A stretch of 59,223 nucleotides of DNA, the filler included. It is 8 parts of 8 records of this genome, joined end to end, with 100 filler letters (N's around TTAATTAATTAA, not from the genome) between each part and the next. Parts side by side here need not be neighbours in the genome. Positions count along the whole stretch, not along the records: positions 34,854 to 43,802 come from SRR31156797_24354; positions 43,903 to 51,045 come from SRR31156797_24369; 6 more parts are not named here. One strand, 5' to 3'. How positions within the stretch are numbered: the first letter of the stretch is position 1; each line of letters starts with the position of its first letter. The translations under genes were made by a program, and so were the position numbers. Under the pieces are notes generated by a model. That model searched no databases. It was not told the DNA's origin and saw nothing but the letters and a program-made list of their open reading frames with translations. Below, piece after piece: positions 38,980-48,257 of this stretch.

Positions 38980-40725
38980 TTATAAGCTCCAGCCCTCAGC
39001 TGATTTTCTAATATTAATAAATTTTTTATAAACGCCATCTTTTCTCATTAAATCTTCATGCTTTCCCTGCTCATTAATTTCTCCGTCTTTTACTACGATG
39101 ATATTATCAGCATTCTTAACGGTTGATAATTTGTGCGCAATAGTCAGCACCGTTTTACCTTTTGTCAGTTCATTAATTGCCCCTTGTATATAGTGCTCAT
39201 TTTCAGGGTCGATACTTGCAGTAGCTTCATCCAGCATAACTATAGGTGCATCTTTTAGTATTGCACGAGCTATAGATATACGCTGTTTTTCCCCGCCTGA
39301 CAGTGTAGAGCCTCCTTCTCCGACTACTGTGTCGTAGCCGTCAGAGAATGCAGATATAAACTCATGGCATCTTGCTTTTTTAGAAGCCTCAATAATATCT
39401 TCTTTGCTTGCATTCGGGTTGCCGAATCGTATGTTGTTTTCTATGGTATCGTGGAACAAGTAAACCTTTTGGAATACCATGCTTATGTTTTTTAGCAGAC
39501 TGTCGCATGTCAGGTCTTTTACGTTATGTCCGCCTATGCTGATGCTTCCGCTACCCACATCGTAGAATCTGGCAATTAAATTGCACAATGTAGTTTTTCC
39601 ACCGCCGGATGGGCCAACAATCGCCGTCATGCTCTTCTCAGGTGCTGAAAATGATACATTCTTTATTACGTCTACGCTGTCATATGCAAATGTGACATCA
39701 CTGAATTCAATATTATAATTTTCCAAACCTATGTCTTTGCCGTCTGCATCAATAAATTCAGCTTCTTTTAAGCGATTAAGGTTTTTAATGTTTGATTTGA
39801 TTATTCCCATTACGTTTGTAGAATCATTCAATCTTTCAATGGATGAAAACATATTAAACATAAACATAAGCATCATAATGGCATAAGCGATAGGCATACC
39901 TCCGTTTATTGCAAGTATAGATACAATAACAATAATCGCACATGATGCTAGCTTTAATGAAAGCACATGCATGGCATTAATTGGTGCATACTTTTTCTCC
40001 AATTCTATACTGATATCCCGGCTGTTTTTAAATGCATTACGAATAGAGTCAAGGGCAGCGCCCTCATTGCCATATGATTTGACGTCACTCATGCCATGCA
40101 GGTATTCTATTACGCTTCTGGTCATGTCCGCCTGTGCCTTATGAGCCCTGGACATATGCTTATTGCAGAGTCTGTTGATAATTTGCAGAAAAACCAAAGA
40201 TAATAATACTCCTACTACGCTGATAATAGCAGCCTGAGGGCAGAAAAATGCCAAACACAGTATAGTAGCACCTGTTGTAATATATCCGCCCACAATCATA
40301 TCAACCATAGTTGTTCCTAAGTTTTCTAGGAATGTAAGTTGTGTCGATATTGTGGCTGTAATGTCGCCTGTCTTGTTTTCTTCAAAATAGCCTAAGGATA
40401 CTCTTTTTAATACATTACCTATTGCAAGTCTTTCATCGGCAGTTGTTTCGTATCCGATAGACTCCTGAGCCAATGCTCTAAGATGGGTGAATACAAACCT
40501 TAATATTACCGATACGCCAATACCTAGTGCCATCAGCCATCCAAAGTTTTCAGGCAGCTGAGCTTCTCCATTTATGTCCATTAAAATATGGTTCAATGAG
40601 TACGCAGCAAGTATAACGGGGATTGCCGTAAATATTGCCACAAAAAAGGAGCCTACAAATCCCCAATACATATTTTTTTTATATTTACCAGTCCAGTCAA
40701 TAACCTTTTTAACTGTTTTAAACAT
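38980..40725 (-). CDS. ABC transporter permease/ATPase fusion (YbtQ/IrtB-like)
   Basis: TM domain plus GPSGGGKT, LSGGEKQRISIAR, DEATASIDPENE; start at MFKTVKK. Confidence 0.92.
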   Translation of the reverse strand: MFKTVKKVIDWTGKYKKNMYWGFVGSFFVAIFTAIPVILAAYSLNHILMDINGEAQLPENFGWLMALGIGVSVILRFVFTHLRALAQESIGYETTADERLAIGNVLKRVSLGYFEENKTGDITATISTQLTFLENLGTTMVDMIVGGYITTGATILCLAFFCPQAAIISVVGVLLSLVFLQIINRLCNKHMSRAHKAQADMTRSVIEYLHGMSDVKSYGNEGAALDSIRNAFKNSRDISIELEKKYAPINAMHVLSLKLASCAIIVIVSILAINGGMPIAYAIMMLMFMFNMFSSIERLNDSTNVMGIIKSNIKNLNRLKEAEFIDADGKDIGLENYNIEFSDVTFAYDSVDVIKNVSFSAPEKSMTAIVGPSGGGKTTLCNLIARFYDVGSGSISIGGHNVKDLTCDSLLKNISMVFQKVYLFHDTIENNIRFGNPNASKEDIIEASKKARCHEFISAFSDGYDTVVGEGGSTLSGGEKQRISIARAILKDAPIVMLDEATASIDPENEHYIQGAINELTKGKTVLTIAHKLSTVKNADNIIVVKDGEINEQGKHEDLMRKDGVYKKFINIRKSAEGWSL

Positions 40726-42490
40726 TAGCTTCACCTCTTTTCTTATTGGGCGACCAGTTCTTCGAGCTGATATGCGCATCCCACATTTTGCTGTATAAAC
40801 TGCTGCTTTTAAGAAGTTCTTTATGCGATGCAGCATCACTAACTTTGCCGTCATCTATCAAAATAATCTTATCTGCATCTGTAATTGTAGATAGTCTGTG
40901 AGCAATAACAACCAGAGTTTTGTCCTTAGAAAGTGCCGATACACTCTTTTGTATTTCCCATTCATTTTCAGGGTCAGTGTAAGTAGTAGCTTCATCCAGT
41001 ATTACTATCGGTGCATCCTTTAATATTGCCCGTGCTATGGATATGCGCTGTTTTTCGCCGCCTGATAGGCGATTGCCTGCTTCGCCTGCTGTTGTGTTAT
41101 ATCCGTTTTCAAGTTCTGATATAAAATCATGGCATCTTGCCATCTTTGCAGCAGTAATTACTTCTTCATTACTTGCTTTTGGGTTACCCATGCGAATGTT
41201 TTCCATTAATGAACAATCAAAAAGGAATATATCCTGTGTCACAAAGCTGATATTTTCTGACAGCTGTTTTAGAGGAATATCTTTTATGTCTATTCCGCCT
41301 ACTGATATCTCGCCGTCTTTAACGTCCCAAAATCTTGCAATAAGCTTTGCTATTGTGGATTTGCCGCTTCCCGATGGACCAACGAGCGCTGCAAAATTAT
41401 TTTCCGCTATATCAATGTTAATGTTACTTAATATTTCATTATCGTCGTCGTATGAAAAACTAACATCATTTAGTCTAATATCAAAACTTTCTATTTTAAC
41501 TTTTTCTTCTGTGTTTTTCAGCTGCTCCACATTCATAAACTCGCTTGTATCACTAACTGCATATTGAATCAGCTTTGTATCATTTATGAATTGTCTAAAT
41601 TTTAAAAGAGGGGGTACTATGCCGATACCTAATATGACGCACAAAGCAAACTCAGCCGGAGACAAATGTCCTGCCTGATACATCCAAACTCCTATTGGTA
41701 CTATGCCAAGCAATGTGGACGGCAGAAATGCCATAGTAAAGCTTAATGATGCTAAAACGCTTTTATGCCAATCTAAAATATACTTTTTAAATCCCTTAAC
41801 TGCGCCTTCATACTTTTCATATGATTCTTTTGACTGGTTAAACATCTTAATTACTTCGATGCCCTCGGAATACTCAACAATAACGCTGTTTACATAGTCG
41901 CTGGATTTCATGTATTGGTTATACTTCTCTGTATATCCTTTAAGAGTTACACCAAGTAAAACAAAAGAAATTGGTACAGTTACCATAGCCGCTAATGCCA
42001 TTCTGTAATCGATGTATAACAAGTATCCGAAAATACTGACTGCCAGCAAAAGATTAGATAAGCCCTCCGGGATCATATGGGCTATAGGTAGTTCCAACAC
42101 TTCGACCCTATCAACAATTGCATTCTTTATTCTTCCGATTTTGTTATTTATAACTACGCCCAGAGGTGCTCCCATCAGTTTTTCAGCTATTTTTAGTCTT
42201 ATGTTGTTCAATATTGTATATGCTGATATATGAGATAGCACTGTAGATATTGAGTGAAAAAGAAGATTTGTAATATATCCCCCCAAGCAAACCAGCACCC
42301 ATGGTATCACCTGACTGATTTCAGGTGATGCTTCCGTTAAAATAAAAATTATTCTGTATACACCGTAATATGGCAACAATCCGCCGAAAACTCCGATAAT
42401 TGCACAGATGACCGATAGTGTCATTTTGCCTTTGCAGTTTCTTGCATGTTTTAAAACCGATTTAATCCAATGTTCTTTTCGTTCCTTCAT
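40718..42490 (-). CDS. ABC transporter permease/ATPase fusion (YbtP/IrtA-like)
   Basis: 'SHISAYTIL', 'VEVLELPIAHMIPE', GPSGSGKS, LSGGEKQR, DEATTYTDPENE. Confidence 0.92.
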   Translation of the reverse strand: MKERKEHWIKSVLKHARNCKGKMTLSVICAIIGVFGGLLPYYGVYRIIFILTEASPEISQVIPWVLVCLGGYITNLLFHSISTVLSHISAYTILNNIRLKIAEKLMGAPLGVVINNKIGRIKNAIVDRVEVLELPIAHMIPEGLSNLLLAVSIFGYLLYIDYRMALAAMVTVPISFVLLGVTLKGYTEKYNQYMKSSDYVNSVIVEYSEGIEVIKMFNQSKESYEKYEGAVKGFKKYILDWHKSVLASLSFTMAFLPSTLLGIVPIGVWMYQAGHLSPAEFALCVILGIGIVPPLLKFRQFINDTKLIQYAVSDTSEFMNVEQLKNTEEKVKIESFDIRLNDVSFSYDDDNEILSNINIDIAENNFAALVGPSGSGKSTIAKLIARFWDVKDGEISVGGIDIKDIPLKQLSENISFVTQDIFLFDCSLMENIRMGNPKASNEEVITAAKMARCHDFISELENGYNTTAGEAGNRLSGGEKQRISIARAILKDAPIVILDEATTYTDPENEWEIQKSVSALSKDKTLVVIAHRLSTITDADKIILIDDGKVSDAASHKELLKSSSLYSKMWDAHISSKNWSPNKKRGEANV

Positions 42491-42510
42491 CTATTCCCCC
42501 TAATAACAAT

Positions 42511-43470
42511 TCATAAATTTCTTGTTTTCCTATATTCGTTTGGAAGTTTCCCTATTATCTGCTTAAATGCAGATGAAAACTTACTGGGATTTACATATCC
42601 AACAGATAGGGATGCGTCCGCTATAGAAATATCTGACTGAAGAAGTAGCTTTGCAGCATAGTTCATGCGATATTCTTTCATGTACGAATAAATAGTCGTT
42701 CCATACACTCCCTTAAAGCAGTTTGTCATTGTCGTCAAAGGGATTTCGAATTTCTCGGATAAGTCATTAAGTGTATAATGGTGCTCCAAATCATTTATCA
42801 TCGTTTTTTGTATTTGTTTTATTTTTTCGACGTGGGATTTGTAAAAGTATTCACGCTTCATGGTTTTGTAGTTGGCATCAACAGTATCTAGATACAGTAA
42901 CAGCTCAAAAATTTTTAATTTTATAATTGTATTGTCTTTTTGTTCACGTGAATTTATAATGCCCTCGAAAATCCTTTCAATATTCACGTCAGATCTAATC
43001 AAATAAGGGAACTCTCTATAAGTAAAAACCTGTTGCAATTTTTTTAAATCAACTGGAAAGTTTTTGAAAGTATTTTTTAAAGATTGCTGTGCAGTAGGTA
43101 AAAAGAAAGCTACTGTAATTGCGTGATAATGCTTAAGAGGTAGATAGAATTTATTATAGATATGCTGTCTGTTGTCAATCGTTAAATCGCCTGCCTTTTG
43201 ATACAGGAAAGAGCTATCGGAAACCGCCCATTCCATTCTGCCTTCATAGCAGTAATCAAGGCACAGAATATCTGCACTGTGGGAAATTTCGCTGACCATA
43301 CTGCTCATATGGAAATCATCATACATCAAGTATACTCCATCCATAATTTCATAGGATGTCATTACTCCTTCGCCTGTTTCATTGCGTATGACACATACTT
43401 GGCAGTCATCATTTTCTATGACAGAAATTCCACTGCCTAAATTCATTTGCTCTAATCCTGGCATACTCAC
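42511..43470 (-). CDS. AraC family regulator (PchR/YbtA-like)
   Basis: 'YCYEGRME' sensor domain; C-terminal 'FKGVYGTTIYSY...RM..A..LL...VGYVNPSKFSSAFK'. Confidence 0.92.
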   Translation of the reverse strand: MSMPGLEQMNLGSGISVIENDDCQVCVIRNETGEGVMTSYEIMDGVYLMYDDFHMSSMVSEISHSADILCLDYCYEGRMEWAVSDSSFLYQKAGDLTIDNRQHIYNKFYLPLKHYHAITVAFFLPTAQQSLKNTFKNFPVDLKKLQQVFTYREFPYLIRSDVNIERIFEGIINSREQKDNTIIKLKIFELLLYLDTVDANYKTMKREYFYKSHVEKIKQIQKTMINDLEHHYTLNDLSEKFEIPLTTMTNCFKGVYGTTIYSYMKEYRMNYAAKLLLQSDISIADASLSVGYVNPSKFSSAFKQIIGKLPNEYRKTRNL

Positions 43471-43491
43471 TCCTAATACTAGTGCACTTTA

Positions 43492-43516
43492 GTAATGTTA
43501 GCGCACGCTAATTTAC
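43492..43516. promoter_or_regulatory. DtxR/IdeR-like metal-repressor operator upstream of the AraC gene
   Basis: Palindrome TTAGCG-CA-CGCTAA (43498-43511) within GTAATG...TTTAC. Confidence 0.6.
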
Positions 43517-43944
43517 ATATTATATCATATCTTTGATATATTCCACTCCATTTTATTTAGAAATGCTCCATTTCATTTAAAAGTGATTATAGTTGAGTAT
43601 TCGGATGATTAATATACTTGGTAGGGTAGAGTGATAACAGTAATGGGATTTTCATTGATAGCAATATGTGATTTGCTGGACTGGGGAGTATGTTAAAATA
43701 AGAGCAATTTCGCATTTACTCATCAACTACAAGTATTTACTATATTTTTGTTATTAAGTAGCAGAATTGCCGCATGAATTCTGAAAATGAATATAATGCC
43801 TCNNNNNNNNNNNNNNNNNNNNNNNNNNNNNNNNNNNNNNNNNNNNTTAATTAATTAANNNNNNNNNNNNNNNNNNNNNNNNNNNNNNNNNNNNNNNNNN
43901 NNTTGTGTTTCATTGAGGTAAAAAAGAATGTTGAACGGTTGTTT

Positions 43945-43986
43945 TCTAAAAACTAAACGCTAACTGCTAGTGGCTAAAAGCTAACC
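43945..43986 (+). repeat. Six tandem heptamer repeats (consensus GCTAAnn)
   Basis: TCTAAAA ACTAAAC GCTAACT GCTAGTG GCTAAAA GCTAACC. Confidence 0.7.
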
Positions 43987-44086
43987 GCACAGGTCCAAAG
44001 ATATTGACAAGTCATTCTATTCATCCTATTTGTCACCACTGCAGATAGCGAACGGAAAGGTCTTCGTAAATGAAATGGAGGGGAAA

Positions 44087-45172
44087 ATGGGTGCTGAAAA
44101 AATAAGTTTGCGTCAAATCATTGATGTCATAAAGGGAACTGAAAATGAATGGGTCGAAAAGGCGCGACAAAGAACAGCCCGACTGGTCATGCCGACCCGT
44201 GCCCTCGGCAGGCTTCATGACATTGGGGAACGCTTGTGTGCCATTAATAGAACGCTCAAACCTTCAATTGATAGAAAGGCTTTTCTGGTGCTCGCCGGCG
44301 ATCATGGTGTTGTTGAGGAAGGCGTCAGCGCTTATCCCCAGGTCATTACCGGCGAAATGGTCCGCGCTTTCCTCACGGGCGGTGCAGGCATTAATATCCT
44401 GGCCGAGGGGATAAATGCGGAAGTCCAAGTGGTGGATATGGGCATCATTCCACATCTGGACCCCGATTCCCTGGAAAACGGCCACAGGCTTCTGGTTCGA
44501 AAAATGGGCGAGGGTACCGAAAACATAGCAAAAGGGCCCGCCATGACACGTAAAAAGGCGGAAGAGGCGGTGCTTACGGGGTTTAAAACGGCTTCGGATC
44601 TCCTGGAAAAGGGTGTGGCCATATTGGGGACGGGCGACATGGGCATCGGCAACACCACCCCATCCGCCGCAATCGGCGTCCTGTTGACCCAAAAGAGCGT
44701 GGAAGAAATGGTGGGCCGGGGGACCGGGGTTGACGATGAGGGTCTCATGCGGAAAAAAGATGTCATCCGCCGCGCCATTGACGTGAACCGGCCCGACCCC
44801 CGGGATGGCCTGGATGTTCTTTCCAAATTGGGGGGATTCGAAATCGGCGGCATCGCAGGATGCATTCTGGCCGGCGCCTACCATGGCCGCCCCGTGGTGA
44901 TCGACGGTTTCATTTCAACGGCAGGCGCACTCATCGCCAATGCGCTCTGTCCCGCAATCAAGGATTATCTCTTTGCGGGTCATTGTTCGGAAGAACCGGG
45001 ACACAGGCACATGCTGGATTATCTACAGCTGGACCCGATCCTGGACTTGGGAATGCGCCTCGGAGAAGGAACCGGCGGCGCATTGGCCATGGGGATAATA
45101 GAAGGTGCGGCTAAAATTGCCAGAGAGATGCTCACCTTTGAGGAAGCCGGTGTTACCGACAAGGAATCCTGA
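44087..45172 (+). CDS. cobT: Nicotinate-nucleotide:dimethylbenzimidazole phosphoribosyltransferase
   Basis: 'ALGRL', 'AGDHGV', 'GDMGIGNTT', 'GGFEIGG', 'DGFIS', 'MRLGEGTG', 'TFEEAGV'; likely start ATG 44087 after GGAGG. Confidence 0.95.
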   Translation: MGAEKISLRQIIDVIKGTENEWVEKARQRTARLVMPTRALGRLHDIGERLCAINRTLKPSIDRKAFLVLAGDHGVVEEGVSAYPQVITGEMVRAFLTGGAGINILAEGINAEVQVVDMGIIPHLDPDSLENGHRLLVRKMGEGTENIAKGPAMTRKKAEEAVLTGFKTASDLLEKGVAILGTGDMGIGNTTPSAAIGVLLTQKSVEEMVGRGTGVDDEGLMRKKDVIRRAIDVNRPDPRDGLDVLSKLGGFEIGGIAGCILAGAYHGRPVVIDGFISTAGALIANALCPAIKDYLFAGHCSEEPGHRHMLDYLQLDPILDLGMRLGEGTGGALAMGIIEGAAKIAREMLTFEEAGVTDKES

Positions 45173-45230
45173 GCCGCTTCCGGAGGTTTATGGTTCCAAC
45201 ATGAGAATTGCCGATCGTGCGGAATATTTC

Positions 45231-45273
45231 TTGACACATTCATCATATTAGCGCATAAATAGATATTGATATG
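45231..45273 (+). promoter_or_regulatory. Promoter with candidate ArsR/SmtB operator
   Basis: TTGACA at 45231, followed by imperfect palindrome CATAAATAGATATTGATATG (45254-45273). Confidence 0.5.
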
Positions 45274-45373
45274 GTTTTATTGCATCTCCTTTTTCTCATG
45301 TCGGCATTTTCGATCATGTTTTTTGGACCCCAATAAACAAAAAGCGGGAAAACAACGTAAACCGGAGGACAGC

Positions 45374-45703
45374 TTGCAAGAAGCGAAACCGACACCAAGT
45401 CTGAAAAATCAACTTGACTCAATTGCCATTCTAGTCAAGAGTCTTGCGGATGGAAACCGCCTCCGCATTCTGCTTTGCGTGATCGACGGGAAAAAATCGG
45501 TTTCTCAAATTGTGGAAGCACTTGAACTTTCGCAACCCCTTGTTTCCCACCATCTTAAAGAACTGAAGCGGACGCTCTTGCTTAAAATCGAGCGAAGAGG
45601 GCCTTTTATCTATTACGAAATCGCAGATAAGAGAATTATTGATATTCTCAACCGTTTGGATGAACTGGTTACGGACCTTTTATCAAAAAGAACTTCATTT
45701 TAA
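45374..45703 (+). CDS. ArsR/SmtB family metalloregulator (TsoR-like)
   Basis: 'KSLADGNRLRIL...SVSQIVEALELSQPLVSHHLKEL...R.GPFIYY'; TTG start 45374 with GGAGG RBS. Confidence 0.9.
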   Translation: MQEAKPTPSLKNQLDSIAILVKSLADGNRLRILLCVIDGKKSVSQIVEALELSQPLVSHHLKELKRTLLLKIERRGPFIYYEIADKRIIDILNRLDELVTDLLSKRTSF

Positions 45704-45722
45704 TTCTCGGAGATAATTCAGT

Positions 45723-46178
45723 ATGAATACTGAAAGAATTCAAAAGTTGGTCGATACCATGGAACCTGAAGAGGCCGCTTCGGCCCTTGCCGGTGTATTG
45801 AGAAAAGTGTTTCCTCTCCTGAAAGAAGAAACGCGTCTGGAACTGGTATCGAATCTGGTCGGCACATCTTCTGATGAAAAGCTGACGAGCATGGTCCATC
45901 TCTGAATGGCCACGTGCATGGACGAAGGTGTCGATCCAACGGATATGTGTCAGAGCATGGTAGAAAAAGTGGCCCGATCAAAACAACTTACGACGGTGGC
46001 TGAACCTGAAATCCTCATATTGTTTGAGGAGTGGCTGGAAGAGCTGGACAGTGAAGTTGTGGCTTTCGTAAAAAATACAGGCTCAACCGACCCCGTCGAG
46101 CTGTCCGGAGCCTGCGGCATCTCCCGATCAGGGGCGGATTTTTTAATCACAAAACTGAAAAGAGAAGGGAAACTATGA
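45723..46178 (+). CDS. tsoA: Selenoprotein with L-U-M-A-T-C motif (151 aa; TsoA-like)
   Basis: ORFs 45723-45905 and 45906-46178 are in frame and separated only by TGA (45903-45905); a SECIS-like hairpin follows. Matches the 'LULAXC motif' TsoA family as I recall it. Confidence 0.85.
45919..45938 (+). promoter_or_regulatory. Bacterial SECIS element candidate
   Basis: TGGA-CGA-[AGGTG]-TCG-A-TCCA hairpin; G-containing loop 20 nt after UGA. Confidence 0.7.
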
Positions 46179-46279
46179 AATCCGGCCTGTCCGGTTTTCC
46201 AAAAAAGGGCGTGTACAAAGGTACTTGGCCATAAAATGTTCATAAATAATTAAAGCATCTATTTCAAAAGGAGGTCATC

Positions 46280-46597
46280 ATGCTGAAAATAAGATTCTTC
46301 ATGAATGAACCCAACGGAAAACCGTGAAAGCATTTCAAATCCATGATGCCCAGGTTGGGCGAAAAATACGACATAGAGATCGAGACCATTTCCAAACCTC
46401 GTGCGGAATATAACACGGATGAATACTTCGAAATGGACCTGCCGGTGGCACCCGCCGTCATGGTAGGCGAAGAGATTCTGGTGGAGGGCTCTGATGTTTC
46501 CGATGAAACCCTCGAAGAAGCCATCTGCAAACAGCTCGGCATCACACCGCCGGATCCAAAAAAGAAGGGGATCCTCGGCCGGTTGCTGAAGAAGTAA
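46280..46597 (+). CDS. tsoC: Thioredoxin-fold selenoprotein with NEPNGKPU motif (105 aa; TsoC-like)
   Basis: AAGGAGG RBS, ATG 46280, MLKIRFFMNEPNGKP-TGA(46325)-KHFKS continues in frame into ORF 46343-46597; cis-Pro-like 'VAPAVMV'. Matches the 'NEPxGxxU' family as I recall it. Confidence 0.88.
46348..46360 (+). promoter_or_regulatory. Bacterial SECIS element candidate
   Basis: GCCCA-[GGT]-TGGGC hairpin; loop 25 nt after UGA; AGGT core as in the first candidate. Confidence 0.75.
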
Positions 46598-46633
46598 TCT
46601 TTACATGGTCACCATACTCGTTACTTAGGAGTT

Positions 46634-47146
46634 ATGATGGTTATTATTGAAAAATTTTTAGGGAGGCGCTTGGCGTTACCCGAAGATCTTCGCTATTATG
46701 TCAAGCAGGGTCTTTGGGCCAAGCAGGACGAAGACTTTGTCACATTCGGCTTGAGTGAACCGGCCTTAATCCTGGCCGGTGGTCTCAAAGATTTGGACTG
46801 GCTTGTGGCAGAAGGTCAAACCGTTCAGCAGGGAGAGACCGTTATCTTTGCCATTACCGGGAAAATCCTCTACATCGATTCACCCATGGGTGGAGATATC
46901 CATTTCAATGACGGGATAAAACATGCTCCCGCGCTCGTGTTGGATGATCCCTATCACCGGGGATGGCTGTTTAAACTAAAATCCGGGGAAAAAATGGAAA
47001 AGTCTTTTCATGGGCTGGCCGATGCGTCCACATACGCCGAAAGCCTTAAAAGTTCGGAAGGATGCAAAAACCCGGAGGGTTTAAAGGGGGGTGTCTCGGG
47101 AATGTGCAAAGCCGTGTATTCCGGTATAGGAGCGCAGAAAATCTAG
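46634..47146 (+). CDS. Glycine cleavage H-protein-like carrier with Cys-containing C-terminal extension
   Basis: 'LPEDLRYY...LWAK...FGLS', 'SPMGG', 'DDPYHRGWLFKL' are GcvH-fold motifs; tail 'GCKNP...GMCKAVY'. Confidence 0.8.
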   Translation: MMVIIEKFLGRRLALPEDLRYYVKQGLWAKQDEDFVTFGLSEPALILAGGLKDLDWLVAEGQTVQQGETVIFAITGKILYIDSPMGGDIHFNDGIKHAPALVLDDPYHRGWLFKLKSGEKMEKSFHGLADASTYAESLKSSEGCKNPEGLKGGVSGMCKAVYSGIGAQKI

Positions 47147-47220
47147 CGGTTTTACCACCGACAACGGCTCAACCGAAAATCAATCCGTATTGATCAGGGC
47201 GCGGCAACGGGTTTGCCCAT

Positions 47221-48240
47221 CTATTGATCGGTTGAGCGGTCCCTGAATCGTGTGGGGTCGACGTTCATGCGCGAATCCCTTAAAAACTGAGGCGCCAGTG
47301 ATTCCGAAATATCGGGGATGTTCGATAATTCATGATGTTTCATCAGGAACTTGGCCGTACATTGCAGGCTGGAAAGGATCGCCTCGTCAAGGCATAACCG
47401 GTATTCATGGCGCTTCATGGCCTTTTGGGTCACCGGCACGGAAAGGCCGGTGTTCCGGCTCAATATTTCAGCGGTTTCATCGGGGTGGGTGTGCACAAAA
47501 TCCTCTGCGTACCGCAGGGCCCGAAAAAACCGAACCAGATCCCCTTTTCTCTCTTCCATGATGGATGCGTTGGCCAACATCACAATAGGGTAGCGATTTC
47601 CGAGTCCGCCGAACGTAACCAGTTCTCTTCCCCCCCGGGCTTCGGCCAAAGATGGCGTGGGTTCGCTGGCGGCCACGGCATCCACCGAACCGGCCATGAG
47701 CGCTTCAGGCATTGTACCGGGATTCAGATCAACAACCGTTACGGCATTTTGACCGATGCCGTTTGCCGACAAAAAGGTCAGGAACCCGCCATGGGTGGAG
47801 GTGCCCTTCTTCATTGCAATCCGTTTTCCAACAAGATCCTTGAAACTGCCTATGGATCCATGGTGTCGAACAATAAGGCGGTGGCGATGTTCTCCACTGC
47901 CGTGGCTGGCGACAAGTTTCAATTTTGAATGCCGAAAAAGCGCCAAAACAGCCGTACTGTCGCCCATGGTCCCCACATCCGCAGAGCCGGAATAGAGGGC
48001 TTCCGCACAGGCCGGACCACTGCTGAACCTGAGGGGACGCACCTTGATCCCCGCTTTCCGGAAGTATCCCTTTTCCACGGCTACCATGGGAATGGCACTT
48101 CCGATGCGATTCTGAAAAGCAAACCGCAAAGGACTTTTTCCTCCACCCTCATCCCATTTAACGCAGGAAACACATAAACCCATTACCCCGAACAGCCCGA
48201 AACAAAAAAATATTTTTTCCAATATATTGAATTTTGCCAT
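47221..48240 (-). CDS. NitT/TauT/SsuA-type ABC substrate-binding protein
   Basis: 'VAVEKGYF', 'FSSGPAC.EAL.SGSADV', 'DLVGKRIA..KGTSTH', 'GSVDA..ASEP'. Confidence 0.9.
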   Translation of the reverse strand: MAKFNILEKIFFCFGLFGVMGLCVSCVKWDEGGGKSPLRFAFQNRIGSAIPMVAVEKGYFRKAGIKVRPLRFSSGPACAEALYSGSADVGTMGDSTAVLALFRHSKLKLVASHGSGEHRHRLIVRHHGSIGSFKDLVGKRIAMKKGTSTHGGFLTFLSANGIGQNAVTVVDLNPGTMPEALMAGSVDAVAASEPTPSLAEARGGRELVTFGGLGNRYPIVMLANASIMEERKGDLVRFFRALRYAEDFVHTHPDETAEILSRNTGLSVPVTQKAMKRHEYRLCLDEAILSSLQCTAKFLMKHHELSNIPDISESLAPQFLRDSRMNVDPTRFRDRSTDQ

Positions 48241-48257
48241 AACCGATTTTTCAATGC

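Noticed and set aside
43987-44086. Cobalamin riboswitch upstream of cobT
   Set aside because: The conserved GGGAA...CCCG / GCCACTG / AGYCAG elements are not arranged as an aptamer, and the leader is too short.
45170-45230. Sec read-through at the cobT TGA stop (also checked for PadR and the TauC-like permease)
   Set aside because: The proteins are already complete at these stops, no Cys/Sec motif or convincing hairpin follows, and the permease TGA overlaps the next gene's ATG.
45723-46178. Two separate small ORFs (60 aa and 90 aa) as in the ORF track
   Set aside because: They are in frame, separated by a single TGA, with no RBS for the second and a SECIS-like hairpin after the TGA; one selenoprotein explains this better.
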